Source: Eledone cirrhosa
Lineage: Eukaryota
Direction: 5' to 3'
DNA length: 64,000 nt
Assembly: GCA_964016885.1 (NCBI GenBank)
Contig: OZ024740.1
Location: 311,922,001-311,986,000, forward strand
The notes beneath the pieces are model-generated. The model did no database searches. It was not told where the DNA came from and saw nothing but the letters and a program-made list of their open reading frames with translations. How positions within the stretch are numbered: position 1 is the first letter of the stretch; each line of letters opens with the position of its first letter. Shown here piece after piece: positions 24,101 through 39,444 of this stretch. The translations under genes were made by a program, and so were the position numbers.

Positions 24101-25252
24101 CATTGTCACATATCCTATGGTTTTTCGTAAGTCAGCAATCTTTTTTTTCTATTTTAGTTATATATGATGGTATTTTTGGTGGTGTTTTGTTCTTGTTAAT
24201 ATCTCTGCTATCACCAAGATAATGCTTCACTGTCGTTGCTAAGGCATATAAACAGGCGTTGATTTGCCAAAATGTTGGGGTTTTATCCGTCGTAAATATT
24301 CATCCCCTATTTCGTCAATAACATGTAATATTTCATTATTTGTTTTTTTTATTAAATATTGTTGTTTTAATACGTTCAGCAAGAGAGATATTTATACATG
24401 AATTAATTTCTCTCTGGAAGATTTCGTTGAGGGAAATTTTCAATTGTTTATACTTTTGATTATTATCATTATCGATAGTATTTTCCACAATAGTCGAGGT
24501 AGACTCGGGTGGTACACGTGGTGTCAAATTTCTTCGATTATTATTATCGATAGTGTTTTCCCCAACATTCGAGGTAGACTTAGATGGTACACGTGGTGTC
24601 AAGTTTCTTACAGGAATAGTTGTTTCAAGGCACTGTTCGACCTGGCTGCTAGGAAGTCTAGTAGCATGGCGACCTGTAGCACGTGTTGTTGATACCATGT
24701 TTGTTGTGGGGGACTTAAAATTAATAATATTTATCTTATTTTTACTTTCAACAAACGTCGCTTTTTGGCGTAATTGTTTCGCTGTGAAGTGATTTAGCTT
24801 TGGGTGTATTTCGTCCCAGTGTAGCTTCATTCTGTTCATATAGCCAATGGAGAGATTGTTTTTTACCATTTTATAACAATTAAATAAATAATCATTAAGT
24901 TCGCAACTCCAAGAAAAATGCGATTTATAATTTCGGTTTCTTCTGTAGCTACAACTGAATAAATTTTGTTTACCTTTCTCGTTGTTTTTCTTCGGTACTT
25001 CCTTAATATTGTTGTTGTTGATGTTGTGTTCAGCCATGCTGTTTGTAGCAAATCCTTCTAAAATGGTCGGTTTCTATCATAGATACAAGACTCTCTCATT
25101 GGAATTTACACATCAACTAGGTAGATATGTATGCATGGCTGCATGCATGCACGTGTGTGCAGGTATGGATGTTATTGTATGTGTGGATGTGGATGTTTTG
25201 AGTTGTATGTGTGCATGTGCATATGCTTTGTGTCTGTACAAGTGTATATGCA
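21145..25252 (-). mobile_element. R4/Dong-like RLE non-LTR retrotransposon, near full length, decayed
   Basis: N-term W..ELN..LF.CY..GYMNRM..HW; TPGRD; WLDYRKVFDSVPH; RGIFQEDSLS; FFVDALKLYA; CRLC...HVISSC; PDMIWD...VEVSCP (RLE); ends in (TACA)n. Confidence 0.85.
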
Positions 25253-25369
25253 AATAATATATATATATATTTATTATTTGTTTATTAAAATAATCAAATT
25301 AAATTAATTCAACAGTTAAACACACATAGGAATAATAAGGTTGTTACTAAAGAGCCAGAAGATTGACAA

Positions 25370-25815
25370 GACGACCCTAAATATGACTAATAGCTCTAGG
25401 AAAGCCATGAACGACACCACATCTTTTTAACTTTGATTTTTAAAGTAGGTTTATAATTATTAATTTTCATTCCACTTTTGTAGCTGTCTCGGTGGCCTAG
25501 TTGGAGGAATCATAGACGGTGGTGATCCTGGTCTGAAGTTCGATCCTGGTCTGGAGTAGGGTTCCCGGTAAACCTTTGCAGTCTTTTTCTATGGGATCTT
25601 AAAACTGAAAAAGATTACATGTACCTCTTGGCCAGCATTGAACCCAAGGCCAGGAACACCACCGTTTCTAGTACCTACCGCTAGTCTACAGAGACAACTA
25701 CGAAAATCTACTGAAAATTCATACTTATAAACTTACTTTCAAAATTTTCAAAACAAAATGATGTGGTGTCGTTCATGTCTTTCTTAATGTTATTGCTCCT
25801 ACTTAAGGTCGACTT
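25370..25815. mobile_element. Fold-back element whose two arms each contain a tRNA-like head
   Basis: catgaacgacaccacatc (25406) inverted at 25760; left arm TGGCCTAGTTGG...GTTCGATCC, right arm (minus) TAGACTAGCGG...GGTTCAATG. Confidence 0.6.
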
Positions 25816-26029
25816 TTAAATCATTTGGGTGTTCCATAAAATACATCCTCGTTTTGTTTCTCATCTATCTAGACTATATTTTAACCCGTAATCCATGTTT
25901 TATTTCTGTTCCACCTCATTTCTCCACCCCCTCTCAATCTCTGTGATATTTGAATCTACTATGATTTGGGCTTACTTTATTCATATATATATGGTTTTGC
26001 ATGCCAGATTCAAACTTACAACGATTGGC

Positions 26030-26276
<247 letters not shown>

Positions 26277-26732
26277 AAAGGATAACAAGGACGATTGGTT
26301 ACACTCACTAGATATATATATATATATATATTATATAGCGTCGGACTGGGTCTAAAAATATTAGCTGCCAGATGAATGGGCCCACCTACATATAGAATGC
26401 TATCATTTAATTTCTATAATGAATAAATAACATTTTTAAAAAATACATAAGTGGAAACAAAACAATGCAATCAAATTTTTGCTGGAAAATAACTTACCTT
26501 CTCCAACAAAAAATATTATGTATTTTGCGAAATCCAGAGACTTTCAATAATGACCTTTGGTCTTTCACATTCACTCAATATATATATCTTCACAGGCCTG
26601 ACCGGATGATTATACCGAGATGATGGCCAAAATCCATCAACCAATGACCTTCACCTATCCCAATCACCACCCTCTATATATATATATACAATATATTAAT
26701 AAATGGAAACTATATTTATAAAACCATAATTA

Positions 26733-26793
26733 TTTTATTATATATATTTCAAGGGCAACCAAGGCAGCCTTGGTGCGCTTTCATCAGATAAAA
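26733..26793 (-). ncRNA. Type I hammerhead (pLTR family P)
   Basis: ttttat CTGATGA aag..caccaagg-ctg-ccttggt..ctt GAAA tatata TA ataaaa. Confidence 0.8.
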
Positions 26794-26895
26794 TACAAAA
26801 TGTGTTTTATAAATAGTGACATAGCCGTGGAAAACAACCTTGACGGTTGAAAATTCGCTGGATAGCGAATTTTATCTGATTATTTTATCTCATTA

Positions 26896-26946
26896 TTTTA
26901 TCTGATGAAAGCGCACTTGGTTGCCCTTGAAATATATATAATAAAA
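26896..26946 (+). ncRNA. Type I hammerhead (family P, shortened stem II)
   Basis: ttttat CTGATGA aagcgcacttggttgccctt GAAA tatata TA ataaaa. Confidence 0.75.
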
Positions 26947-27078
26947 TAATTATGGTTTTATAAATATAGTATCCATTTATTAATATATTGACTATTTACT
27001 CCAGTAGGCTGTTGAGTGCTCTATATCAGTTATAAACCTTTAAGTTTGTTGGAATCCCAACAAATTAAATATGACTTC

Positions 27079-27131
<53 letters not shown>

Positions 27132-27182
27132 GGCTTCTACAGGGCTAGAACTGTTTCATTCGGGAAAAATCATCAGGAAGCC
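27132..27182 (-). ncRNA. Type I hammerhead with a conventional stem III
   Basis: ggcttc CTGATGA tttttcccgaat GAAA cag-ttctagcc-ctg TA gaagcc; stem II is weak. Confidence 0.7.
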
Positions 27183-27455
27183 GACTGTCCAAGTAATATA
27201 GTGGTATTTATACATTTTCTGGTGGTAGGAGAGGGTGGTGATTGGGATGGGTGAAGGTCATTGGTTGATGGAATTAAAGAAAAGGGAATTCTTTAAAAAC
27301 TATATTTAGAGTAACAAAGGCTGAAAAAAATTCAAGCTAAGTACCTATAAACAAATTCACACTGGGGGCACTCCTGATTTTTAAGGTTCATTTATTTCAA
27401 GCAAACAATAGCTATTCAGTGGTGAGGTCTGCAAAAATGGTCAGGTATCTACAAT

Positions 27456-27478
27456 CACACACACACACACATACACAC

Positions 27479-27545
<67 letters not shown>

Positions 27546-27644
27546 ATCACACCGACACACACACAAACTCACACTCATATACATATATACATATCCACAT
27601 ATATACATATATATACCTCTATACACACATATACACACACATAT

Positions 27645-27737
<93 letters not shown>
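27456..27737. repeat. (CA)n/(TA)n microsatellite
   Basis: Direct inspection. Confidence 0.95.
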
Positions 27738-27741
<4 letters not shown>

Positions 27742-27782
27742 CGAATCATAAGTCAATTGCATGAACTCATAATCTTTTATTT

Positions 27783-27838
27783 ACTGCTATATATATTTCG
27801 ATGATAGCCATTGAATGGATATGACCTCATCAGGCAGT
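27783..27838 (-). ncRNA. Type I hammerhead (same family as 7991)
   Basis: actgc CTGATGA ggtcatatccatt-c-aatggctatcatc GAAA tatata TA gcagt. Confidence 0.8.
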
Positions 27839-28102
27839 TAGTCAGTTCTTAGATATGCCAGCTCTGTGTTTATAGTGTTGATGGTATCAGAACCTTGGGA
27901 CATATGAGCTTGTTAGGAATAATTTAATGTTGTCAGCAGGAATAGTCTTGATTCTCATTGGTCAGTTTGTAGATGTTAGTAGGGTTGGTATTTGACCTCA
28001 AAGAGGCAGGTGGTGTTGTAAAGTTCAAACCGTCAGGCAAGATGACAATAGTTCCATATGACTGATTATCATACGACTGATATATTTATAAAACCATAAT
28101 TA

Positions 28103-28164
28103 TTTTATTATATATATTTCAAGTGCAACCAAGGCAAATTTTGGTGCGCTTTCATCAGATAAAA
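28103..28164 (-). ncRNA. Type I hammerhead (family P)
   Basis: ttttat CTGATGA aagcgcacca...tggttgcactt GAAA tatata TA ataaaa. Confidence 0.75.
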
Positions 28165-28342
28165 TACAAAATTTGTTTTATAAATGTTGACATACCCGCA
28201 GAAGAACAACCTTCATGGTTGGAGGTTCGCTGGATAGTTGAAAAAATGTTTATTGGAGGCTATTCAAAATTATGTGTGAGTATGTAAATGAATGTCCGAA
28301 AAAATTGAAAAAACAACGGTTTATTTAAATTATACTGTTGGA

Positions 28343-28466
<124 letters not shown>

Positions 28467-28786
28467 AAAGAAAAAGAAAAAGAGAGAAGAAAGAAAGAGA
28501 GAGAGGAAGAAAGAGAGAAAGAAAGAAAAAGAATCATATGCAGAGTAATGATGAAAAAAAGTTAAAGAAGAACGACCGAAGAAATAAGCTTATCTAGGGA
28601 TGAATCCATATCTCGTAAATACATTTTTTTGTTATGTTTATATTAAAAAATAATGATAAGATAAAAATAATGATAAATTAATGATAATGATAAATTAAAA
28701 ATAGTGTTAAATTAAAAAATAAGGATATATTACATTAAAGATGTATTTAAAATTATATGTCATGTTATAGATGATAAATTATTTAA

Positions 28787-29330
28787 ATGTATACACCTAA
28801 CTTAGCTAGGAATATAGCCAATTTCAACACTGCTAAATTAAATAAGCCTACTACCTCCGAAACCCATCCCTGGACGGGAGCATTGTACAATTGCCAAAAT
28901 AAGGAAGCTTGTCCACTCGAAAACAAATGTCTGTTGAACGACATCGTATATAAATGTGATGTCGTCTCAGGTATTGATGACAACAAAAAGACATATATCG
29001 GAATGACTTCCAACAATTTTAAGACTCGGTGGTATACCCATACCCACTCGTTCAGAAGACCGGGAAAATCCAATCAGTCAACACTCGCCTCCTATGTCTG
29101 GGACTTCAAGAGGAACTCCACTCCTTTCACGCTCAAATGGAAACTACTCCAGAGAGCGCGCTCATGCATGGACAGACACAAGTGTTGTGACCTTTATATT
29201 TCAGGGAGCTACGAAATACTATTTTCAAGGGCCCGACACTGAACAAACTCTCTGAACACTGCCCGAATTGCATGCACAAAAACTTTGCAACATACAAATA
29301 TGTCAAGCCCCTTCCCCTCCACTCCACCCC
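28787..29330 (+). mobile_element. PLE 3' fragment (GIY-YIG endonuclease; Naiad-like)
   Basis: NCQNKEACPLENKC..IVYKC..YIGMTSNNFKTRW..H; frameshift into LNKLSE...CMH. Confidence 0.85.
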
Positions 29331-29479
29331 ACCCTAAACCCAAGCCCTCTCTTGATCCGCCTCACGGTACTAAGGTTATGTACCGACTTGTCATTACTAC
29401 ATGTATAACGTACTTGTATTGCGAGTGCGTGTGTGTATGTATATGCCTGTGTGTGTGTGTATGTATATATGTGTGTATA

Positions 29480-29543
<64 letters not shown>

Positions 29544-29581
29544 TTGGTGCTCTGAAATAGCGATATATATATATAAATGTA

Positions 29582-29700
29582 TATATAGTGTATTTTGCAA
29601 TACACTGCATGCTTAATTAAAAGCATTTTGAAGACCTTACGCTAAGGTCTTCGAAATGCTTTTAATTAAGCATACAGTGTATTGCAAAATATACTATATA
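29582..29700. repeat. ~120-bp near-perfect hairpin
   Basis: tatatagtgtattttgcaatacactg...gaagacctta / taaggtcttc...cagtgtattgcaaaatatactatata. Confidence 0.9.
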
Positions 29701-29703
29701 AAC

Positions 29704-29973
29704 TGTGGTTAGAAAAAGCTATCTCACTTACCGCTTTTCATATGCGCCGCTAAATCCCATGGCTGGTTTCTCCTCTTCCACGTGCGTCCAACTCATTAAC
29801 ACAAGGCAGCTGCCAAACTCGCGTCCACACCGTTCCTGGTCACCACTAGAGAGAGGCTGATCTGCTGGCCCTTCCGGTGGAACACCCTTCCGGCCAAGCA
29901 CCCTTCCGGTCAAGCACTCTTCCGGTCGAGCACTCCCCAGCTTCCGGCGACCGCACACCATACAATACCCACA
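29704..29973 (-). mobile_element. 3' LTR of Gypsy element (270 bp)
   Basis: TGTGG...CCACA termini, purine-rich tract agtggggcg immediately upstream, internal ~19-bp tandem repeats (cccttccgg..aagca). Confidence 0.8.
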
Positions 29974-32790
29974 CGCCCCACTGATCTCAAGGATCAATTT
30001 CCCCCTCGTCCTTCTGCATATGAAAGTCTGCTATCCAGGTTGGTGGTTTGCGACTTCTTTGCGATCTCCGCAGTGTTGGGGCGGCACTTTGGGTTTCCTC
30101 TTCCTCGGAGTCCGTTGACACAGTGATTCTACGGACATCCAGGACATGACGTGGTACTCCGTCCACGGACACATTGTTCTGGGAATTTACGGCCGTCACC
30201 GTTCCCCTTCCCCATTGAGATGTGCAACGTGCATCTGGGGGCTTAACCCAGACTTCTTCGCCCACCTGCACGAATGCATTCGCTCTCCCCACTGGCCGTT
30301 GTGGTGGCGTGCACGGGTGCCGCCACTCGTATCTGAATACTGCTCTGTGTGGAACCGATTCCTCAACCTGTCTCACCCGAGGGGTCATGTTGTACCAGAA
30401 CACTGCCTCCATTAGTGAGATATGGCCCCGCTCCATCATTGCCTTGATCGTCCGGTGGTGTCGCTCCACAATTCCATTTCCGCTCGGCCTGTGCGCTGCT
30501 CTGAAGAAACGGTCTACCTTCCATCCATCGAGCATCTCCCTCAGCGCCTCCGAGCGGAACGCTGCGCTGTTGTCCATCAGCAGTTCGTCCACAGGGCCCC
30601 GCACCAAGAACACCTCTCTCAACGTCCGCATGATTTCCTCGGCCATTCCAGTCTTCATCTCCCTCCATATCGCCATCCGTCCTGGTCCACAGTCGACCAT
30701 CGAGAGGTACGTTCCCTGTCGGTAGTGCGTTACATCCACCGCCAATCGCTTCCAGTCGCGATCAACCGAGAGGCTTCCCGTTTCGTGCACACCCGGGGCG
30801 GGATCAATGGACTGACATCGGACGCAGCCTCTAACCACCCTTTGAACACTGTGTCTGTTAACATCCGAGTCGATTCTCCTGGCTAGGAACAGGCTCCTAT
30901 CCACTCCCATGTGGTGCACGTCATGCAATCCTTTCAGATCCGACTCGATCAGCCGACACACGGCAGCTATCTCCTCTTCTACCTCCTCCGACGCTTCCAT
31001 CCAGGCTTTCTTCACCCTGGTTAAGACGTCCGCCCTATTTTTCTCTGAGGGCACGAAAACTACGCTCAGCCTCAGGTCGAACTTGGTGGCCAACTCTCCT
31101 AAAGTTCCCAGGCGGCGCTTTATCAGCATCTCCGCCGCCCCTCTCGTTCGCACTCTCTTCTCACTGGTGAGCACTGATCTCACCCATCCGAGTACAGTAG
31201 CCGAGTCGGTGCGCAGTCCCCACCTCAGGGCGAGGTTCACCCCTCTCAACACCACGTCCAGTTCGGCCACATTGATGAGGTTGCAGTCGTCCTTCTTCCT
31301 AAGCCAGGCTGCATCCTCGACATCAACACCTCCTATCTCCATCGTGACACCCAGCGCTATGCTGCTGGCATCGCACCATACGGTCCCGCTCTGCGATTTG
31401 GGAACATACCAGCGTCCCCGCACTGGGTCGTCGGCCTTCACCCTCTCCACGATCTCCTGCATCATGGCCACCGTCCTCTCTCCCACTCTGTCACTCCAAG
31501 TCACCCCCTCCCGCTCGTCTCTTGACATAGCTGCATGCCGTCCGGAGCCACCCAGCAATCGGGTAGTGACCCACCAACTTTCCACACACCGAAAAAAGCT
31601 CCCGCCTACTCATACTTGGGCCCAGTTCTGGAACTTCATTTCCCCTCTGGAATACCAAGACGCCCGTCCTGTCTCGCCGTAGCCTAAGTCCCAGCGCGGC
31701 TCCTCCCTCCAACGCTTCTGACGGCTTCGCAACCAGTCCATACCCCTGTAAATGGCTCGTGACCTCCGCCGCCGACACTACAGACTCGTCCACTAGGATG
31801 TCGTCAATGTAGGAATTAGTGGCCCCCTTCATCTTGTCAGCCTATCCCAGAATGGTCTTGAGGACCGCCGCCATGATCTTCGGTGCGGAGCTCAGCCCGA
31901 AACCGAGCCTGGTTAGGCAATATGTCCGGCCCTTATACCTGACCAGCTGATACTGCCAGAGCTTCTCATCTATATGCAATTGCAAGTATGCCGACTTTAG
32001 ATCTACGATTGCGGAACCCCCCGTCATGCGTCTCCACTCACGAAGGGTTTCCCCACAGACATCCATGACCTCGCCACCCGTGTAGCATGGCACGTGCTCG
32101 TTCAGCTCCCGAAAGTCCAGTACCGGCCTCACCTTGTTCTTCGTGGGTTGCGCCACCACCATTAACGGCAATACTCCGCACTTCACCTCTTTCCAGGGAA
32201 GCAGTATGCCCTCCTCAATCCATCTCTCTACCTCTCGCTCGAACTCGCTCCTAATGTCTCCCTTCAATGTGTGTTGATAGCAGCCCACTTTGGTCTTCAG
32301 TGTTGGTGGTTCTCCCTTCCAGTACCACTCAACAACCCATCGCTGCCCATCGAACACGGCCTTGAAGTCTTTGTCCTGCACAGTGTAAGCGGGGTATTTC
32401 TCCTCGTGGGCCTTCTGGTTCTCCTGTCGCGTACTCACAGCGCATACCGATGCAGCGCCGCCAAACGACACACCGACGTTGTTCACTGTGACGCCTCCTA
32501 GACGGCCAAATGTGTCCATGCCCATAACCACGCCGATCCCATCCACCACGTTGTCACCGACGATGGCAGAAAGCCTTATTTTCCTTCCCCGTACCGCCAT
32601 CTCCACCTCGCTGCGACCTCAGCATTCAATTTTCCTGCCGTCGACTGCCCTTATGCTGCTCTTCCCTCTCCACCTCTGCGCCACCCCCGCGGTCACCAGT
32701 GTCGTCGTACAGCCCGTGTCCACGAGGGCTTGCTGTGGCTTTCCCCTCACGAAGACTTCCACCACGGTAAACGCCTCTACTCGTAAGGGC
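29974..32790 (-). mobile_element. Ty3/Gypsy pol (PR-RT-RH-IN), frameshifted, truncated upstream of the protease
   Basis: ALVDTGC (protease), VRPVLDFRELN, DLKSAYLQ, FGLSSAP, YIDD (RT), CDAS..VAEL (RNase H), H..H..CVRC and D..D..E (integrase). Confidence 0.92.
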
Positions 32791-32794
32791 AACT

Positions 32795-34417
<1,623 letters not shown>

Positions 34418-35426
34418 GATGGATAATTAACATTTTTTAACATCTTAACATCTTAAACTTTATAACATTTAACTTTATAACATTTAAACTACAGATTGAA
34501 TTGATAAATTATTAATTAAACATTTAATCAAATTTATTAATTAAACATTAGATACATTCTTCAACTTAGCTTTATCCATTTTTATTATTATCTGTTATTG
34601 GTTGTTATTAGTATTCATCCACGCTATATTTTTTCTTCGCATCTTCCCTCAAAATTACGCTATTCTCTCTCACTAAAATATACTCAGGTTTCTCTCTTTC
34701 TTTCTTTCGTTTTTTTTCCCTATTCCAACGGCTTAATTTAAATATACTGTTTTTAATAATATATATTCTTTAATAATATAATTTTTTAATAATATATATT
34801 CTTTAATAATATAATTTTTTAATAATATATATTCTCTAATAATATAATTTTTTAATAAAATATATATTCTCTAATAATAATATAATATAACATACACATT
34901 TAAACATTTAAACTACGGATTGAATTGATAAATTATTAATTAAATATTTAATCAAAATTATTAATTAAACAATAGATAAATTCTTCAACTTAACTTTATT
35001 ATTGTTTTTATCCACCTTTTTATTAGTATCTGTTATTAGTTGCTATTCATCCACACTATATATTTTTTTGATAAGTATCTGTTATTAGTTGTTATCATTG
35101 ATTTATCCATCTTACGGTATTCATCCACTCTATATTTATTTTCTTCGTCTCTTCTCTCAAAATTACGCTATTCTCTCTCACTAAAATATACTCAGATGTC
35201 TCTCTTTCTTTTTTTCTTTCCTTCGTTTTTTCTCTTTCTTTTCTTTTTTTCTCCTATTCCAACGGCTTAATTTAAATATACTGTTTTAAAGCTTTCCAAC
35301 ACTAATTTGCATAATAAACCAACAATAAATCTAATAACTCCACTATCCAGGAGATTCCAACCAGAATGGTTACATTTTTTTTTAAGGGTATGTCAATATT
35401 TATTTATAAAACTAACCTATATTATA

Positions 35427-35488
35427 TTTTATCTGATGAAAGCGCACCATAGTTTGCTCTGGTGGCCCTTGAAATATGTATAATTAAA
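35427..35488 (+). ncRNA. Type I hammerhead in 5' pLTR (family P)
   Basis: ttttat CTGATGA aagcgcacca...tggtggccctt GAAA tatgta TA attaaa. Confidence 0.75.
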
Positions 35489-37459
35489 TAAATATGGTTT
35501 TATAAATATAGTTTCTATTTGTTAATATATTGTATATTTACTCCAATAATTTGTTGAGTGCTTTATATCAGTTATAAAAATATTTAGCTTGTTGTATCCC
35601 AACAAATTAAATATAACCTCTACATATACTTTGCTCCTTTACTGTCGAGCGCTTTAAATTATAACTGAAAAATAATGGAATTCTTTAAGATCTCTTCTTC
35701 TCTAAAGGACATACCTTTACCTAGGAAAAAGACTTTATAAAACAATTAATAGAAAAATCAAACTCATTTATAAGAAGACTCAGATGGCGTGCTTTCCATT
35801 TTGATAAATCAGATGATAAAGAGAATATTTCCAATCTTGATAGAATCTTCAAATCTAAAAAGAATCCACCTTCCAACAAACTACTAATGGATTTTGAAAA
35901 TGAAATCATCTCTATCATTCAAAGCATTAAATTTAAAAATAAACAACTTCATAGGCCAGGATTACTTAAGAAATCTCAAAAATAATATAGAAAGCTTTGA
36001 AAAAACGGAAAAAATTCTAGTCAAGTCAGACAAAACTAACAATCTCTATGGAATGCAAAAGGATATTTATCGCGATCTTATACTAAAAGAATTAAGGAAG
36101 AAATACAAAAAGACAACTTATGATGACCTTGAAAAATTGAATACAGAAGCTTCTTACATAATGCAAGAATTAGGCATTGCAAATAGGACACAACCCTTCA
36201 TGCCAAGAAAACCAAAAATTAATATGAAGGACCATAAAAGGAATTTTGAAATTGAATTACCAGTTAGATTAATTGCACCATCTAAATCGGACCTTGGCAT
36301 ACGTAGCAAGAACATTTTAGACAGAATCATACCACAAATTAAAGAATTATCTTATTTAAAATTGTGGAAAGGAACTAACTAAGTTATCGACTGGTTTAAA
36401 GACATTAAATATAACTATAATAATAAGTTTATTCAATTGGATATTGCTAATTATTACTCATCCATCACTCCTAATCTACTTAACAAAGCCCTAATATATG
36501 CATTTAAACATACAGACTTAACTAGTAATGAAATGCGCATTATCTTAACTGCACGGAAAACATTAATTAAATTTACCAACCAGCTCTGGACTAGAGCAGA
36601 CAGAGATAATAATTTCGATATCACTATGGGGTCATCGGATTCCGCCCAGGTAACGGATCTTGTGGGGCTTTTTGTTAATAATACCCTACATAGAAAAATA
36701 CCGGAGATGACCGGAGGTTTATATTGCGACGATATGCTATTACTTATAGAAAATAATAATAACTGTGAAATAAATAGGAAAAGAAAAGAAATTATACAAT
36801 TTTTTAATTACCTTAATCTTGAAGTAGAAATAGAGAATAATTATAAAATAGTTAACTTTCTAGATATAACTTTAAACCTTAACACAGGTCTTTATTATCC
36901 ATTTCACAAAATAAACGAAAACTTAAACTACGTTAATTTTAATTTAAATCACCCCATATCCGTTAAAAACACTATAGTAAACTCTGTGCAGCAACGTATT
37001 TCTAGAATTTCAGCTAATAAGAATATTTTTGAAGATAAAGCGCAATATTATAACGATGCGTTAGGTAGAGCGGGATATAGCAATAAAATGAAATACATTG
37101 ATAGTAATATTATGACAAATAACTATAATTTTAACAAATATAATAGAAAACCTTACAATAATTCGGAAAACAAAAAAAGAAATAGAACTAGGAATATATT
37201 ATGGTTCGCTCCTCCTTTCTCATTAAGTAATAAAACTCCTATTGCTAAATTATTTTTTAAAGCTCTAGATAAATGCTTCCCTAGAACACATTCCAACGGC
37301 TTAATTTAAATATACTGTTTTAAAGCTTTCCACCACTAATTTGCATAATAAACCAACAATAAATCTAATAACTCCACTATCCAGAAGATTCCAACCAGAA
37401 TGGTTACATTTCTTTTAAGGGTATGTCAATATTTATTTATAAAACTAACCTATATTATA

Positions 37460-37521
37460 TTTTATCTGATGAAAGCGCACCATAGTTTGCTCTGGTGGCC
37501 TTTGAAATATGTATAATGAAA
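37460..37521 (+). ncRNA. Type I hammerhead in 3' pLTR (family P)
   Basis: Copy of 35427-35488. Confidence 0.7.
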
Positions 37522-37653
37522 TAAATATGGTTTTATAAATATTGTTTCCATTTGTTAATATATTATATATTTACTCCAATAATTTGTTGAGTGCTTTATA
37601 TCAGTTATAAAAATATTTAGCTTGTTGTATCCCAACAAATTAAATATAACCTC

Positions 37654-38721
<1,068 letters not shown>

Positions 38722-39444
38722 CATTACTCCAAGTGTTAACAACATAGGAATTACCGCGTACTCGCAGCATCACTATGGAAACGCAGATACCAACATATCA
38801 GTGTTTGTATTGTAAATGACTAAGTTAGCTAGATTGAAAAATACTAATTATAATAATACAGTTTGCCTGTCTCGATTTAAAATAATAAATCAATAAAAAC
38901 AAACCATATTGGAAAATAGCCGTGGTACTTAGACAAATTTAAATTTCAAAATCAAACCTGTTCCGTAGATAAGTTTAAACTTTAAAATCCAAATATGTTT
39001 CGATAAATGAAAAAGTGAAACGGTGAAAAAATATCACAATCAGATCTCCTCAGTAAGTATCCTGAAAAATTGGTATGTTTCACTTCAAAATATTTAAAAA
39101 GACTGATTAACGCACATGGTTTTTCAGTTTCTAGCTGCCGCATACTCGTGCTGCTATAAATAACAGCCGTTTATATGGGGCTAAAGTTAGCTCAACATAA
39201 GGAGCAGTGATACTATGAATAAAGAGTTCAAAACTCAGGCAGTCGTTTACAATGAAATAGCTCAAAGAAAGAAGTATTTCTGAGCCGTGTAATACAAGAT
39301 AATATAAATTAATATATATGATAAACACAGATACCAACATATCAGTTTTTGTATTGTAAATGACTAAGTTAGCTAGATTGAAAAATACTAATTATAATAA
39401 TACATATATAATAATAATATATATATATATATATATATATACAC

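Larger units (their letters stand above)
35256..37661 (+). mobile_element. Naiad-like PLE: pLTR, RT ORF (decayed, endonuclease missing), pLTR
   Basis: Direct repeats 35256-35627 and 37290-37661; ATG 35675 SLKDIP..FIRRLRWRA; DIANYYSSI; MGSSDSAQVTDLVG; GLYCDD; FLDITLNL; ORF joins the pLTR after KCFPRTH. Confidence 0.85.

Noticed and set aside
25481-25557. Functional tRNA gene
   Set aside because: A and B boxes are present but the cloverleaf pairing is incomplete; treated as a tRNA-derived repeat.
29870-29950. Short regularly spaced repeats (CRISPR-like)
   Set aside because: Tandem repeats inside the Gypsy LTR with no unique spacers; eukaryotic context.
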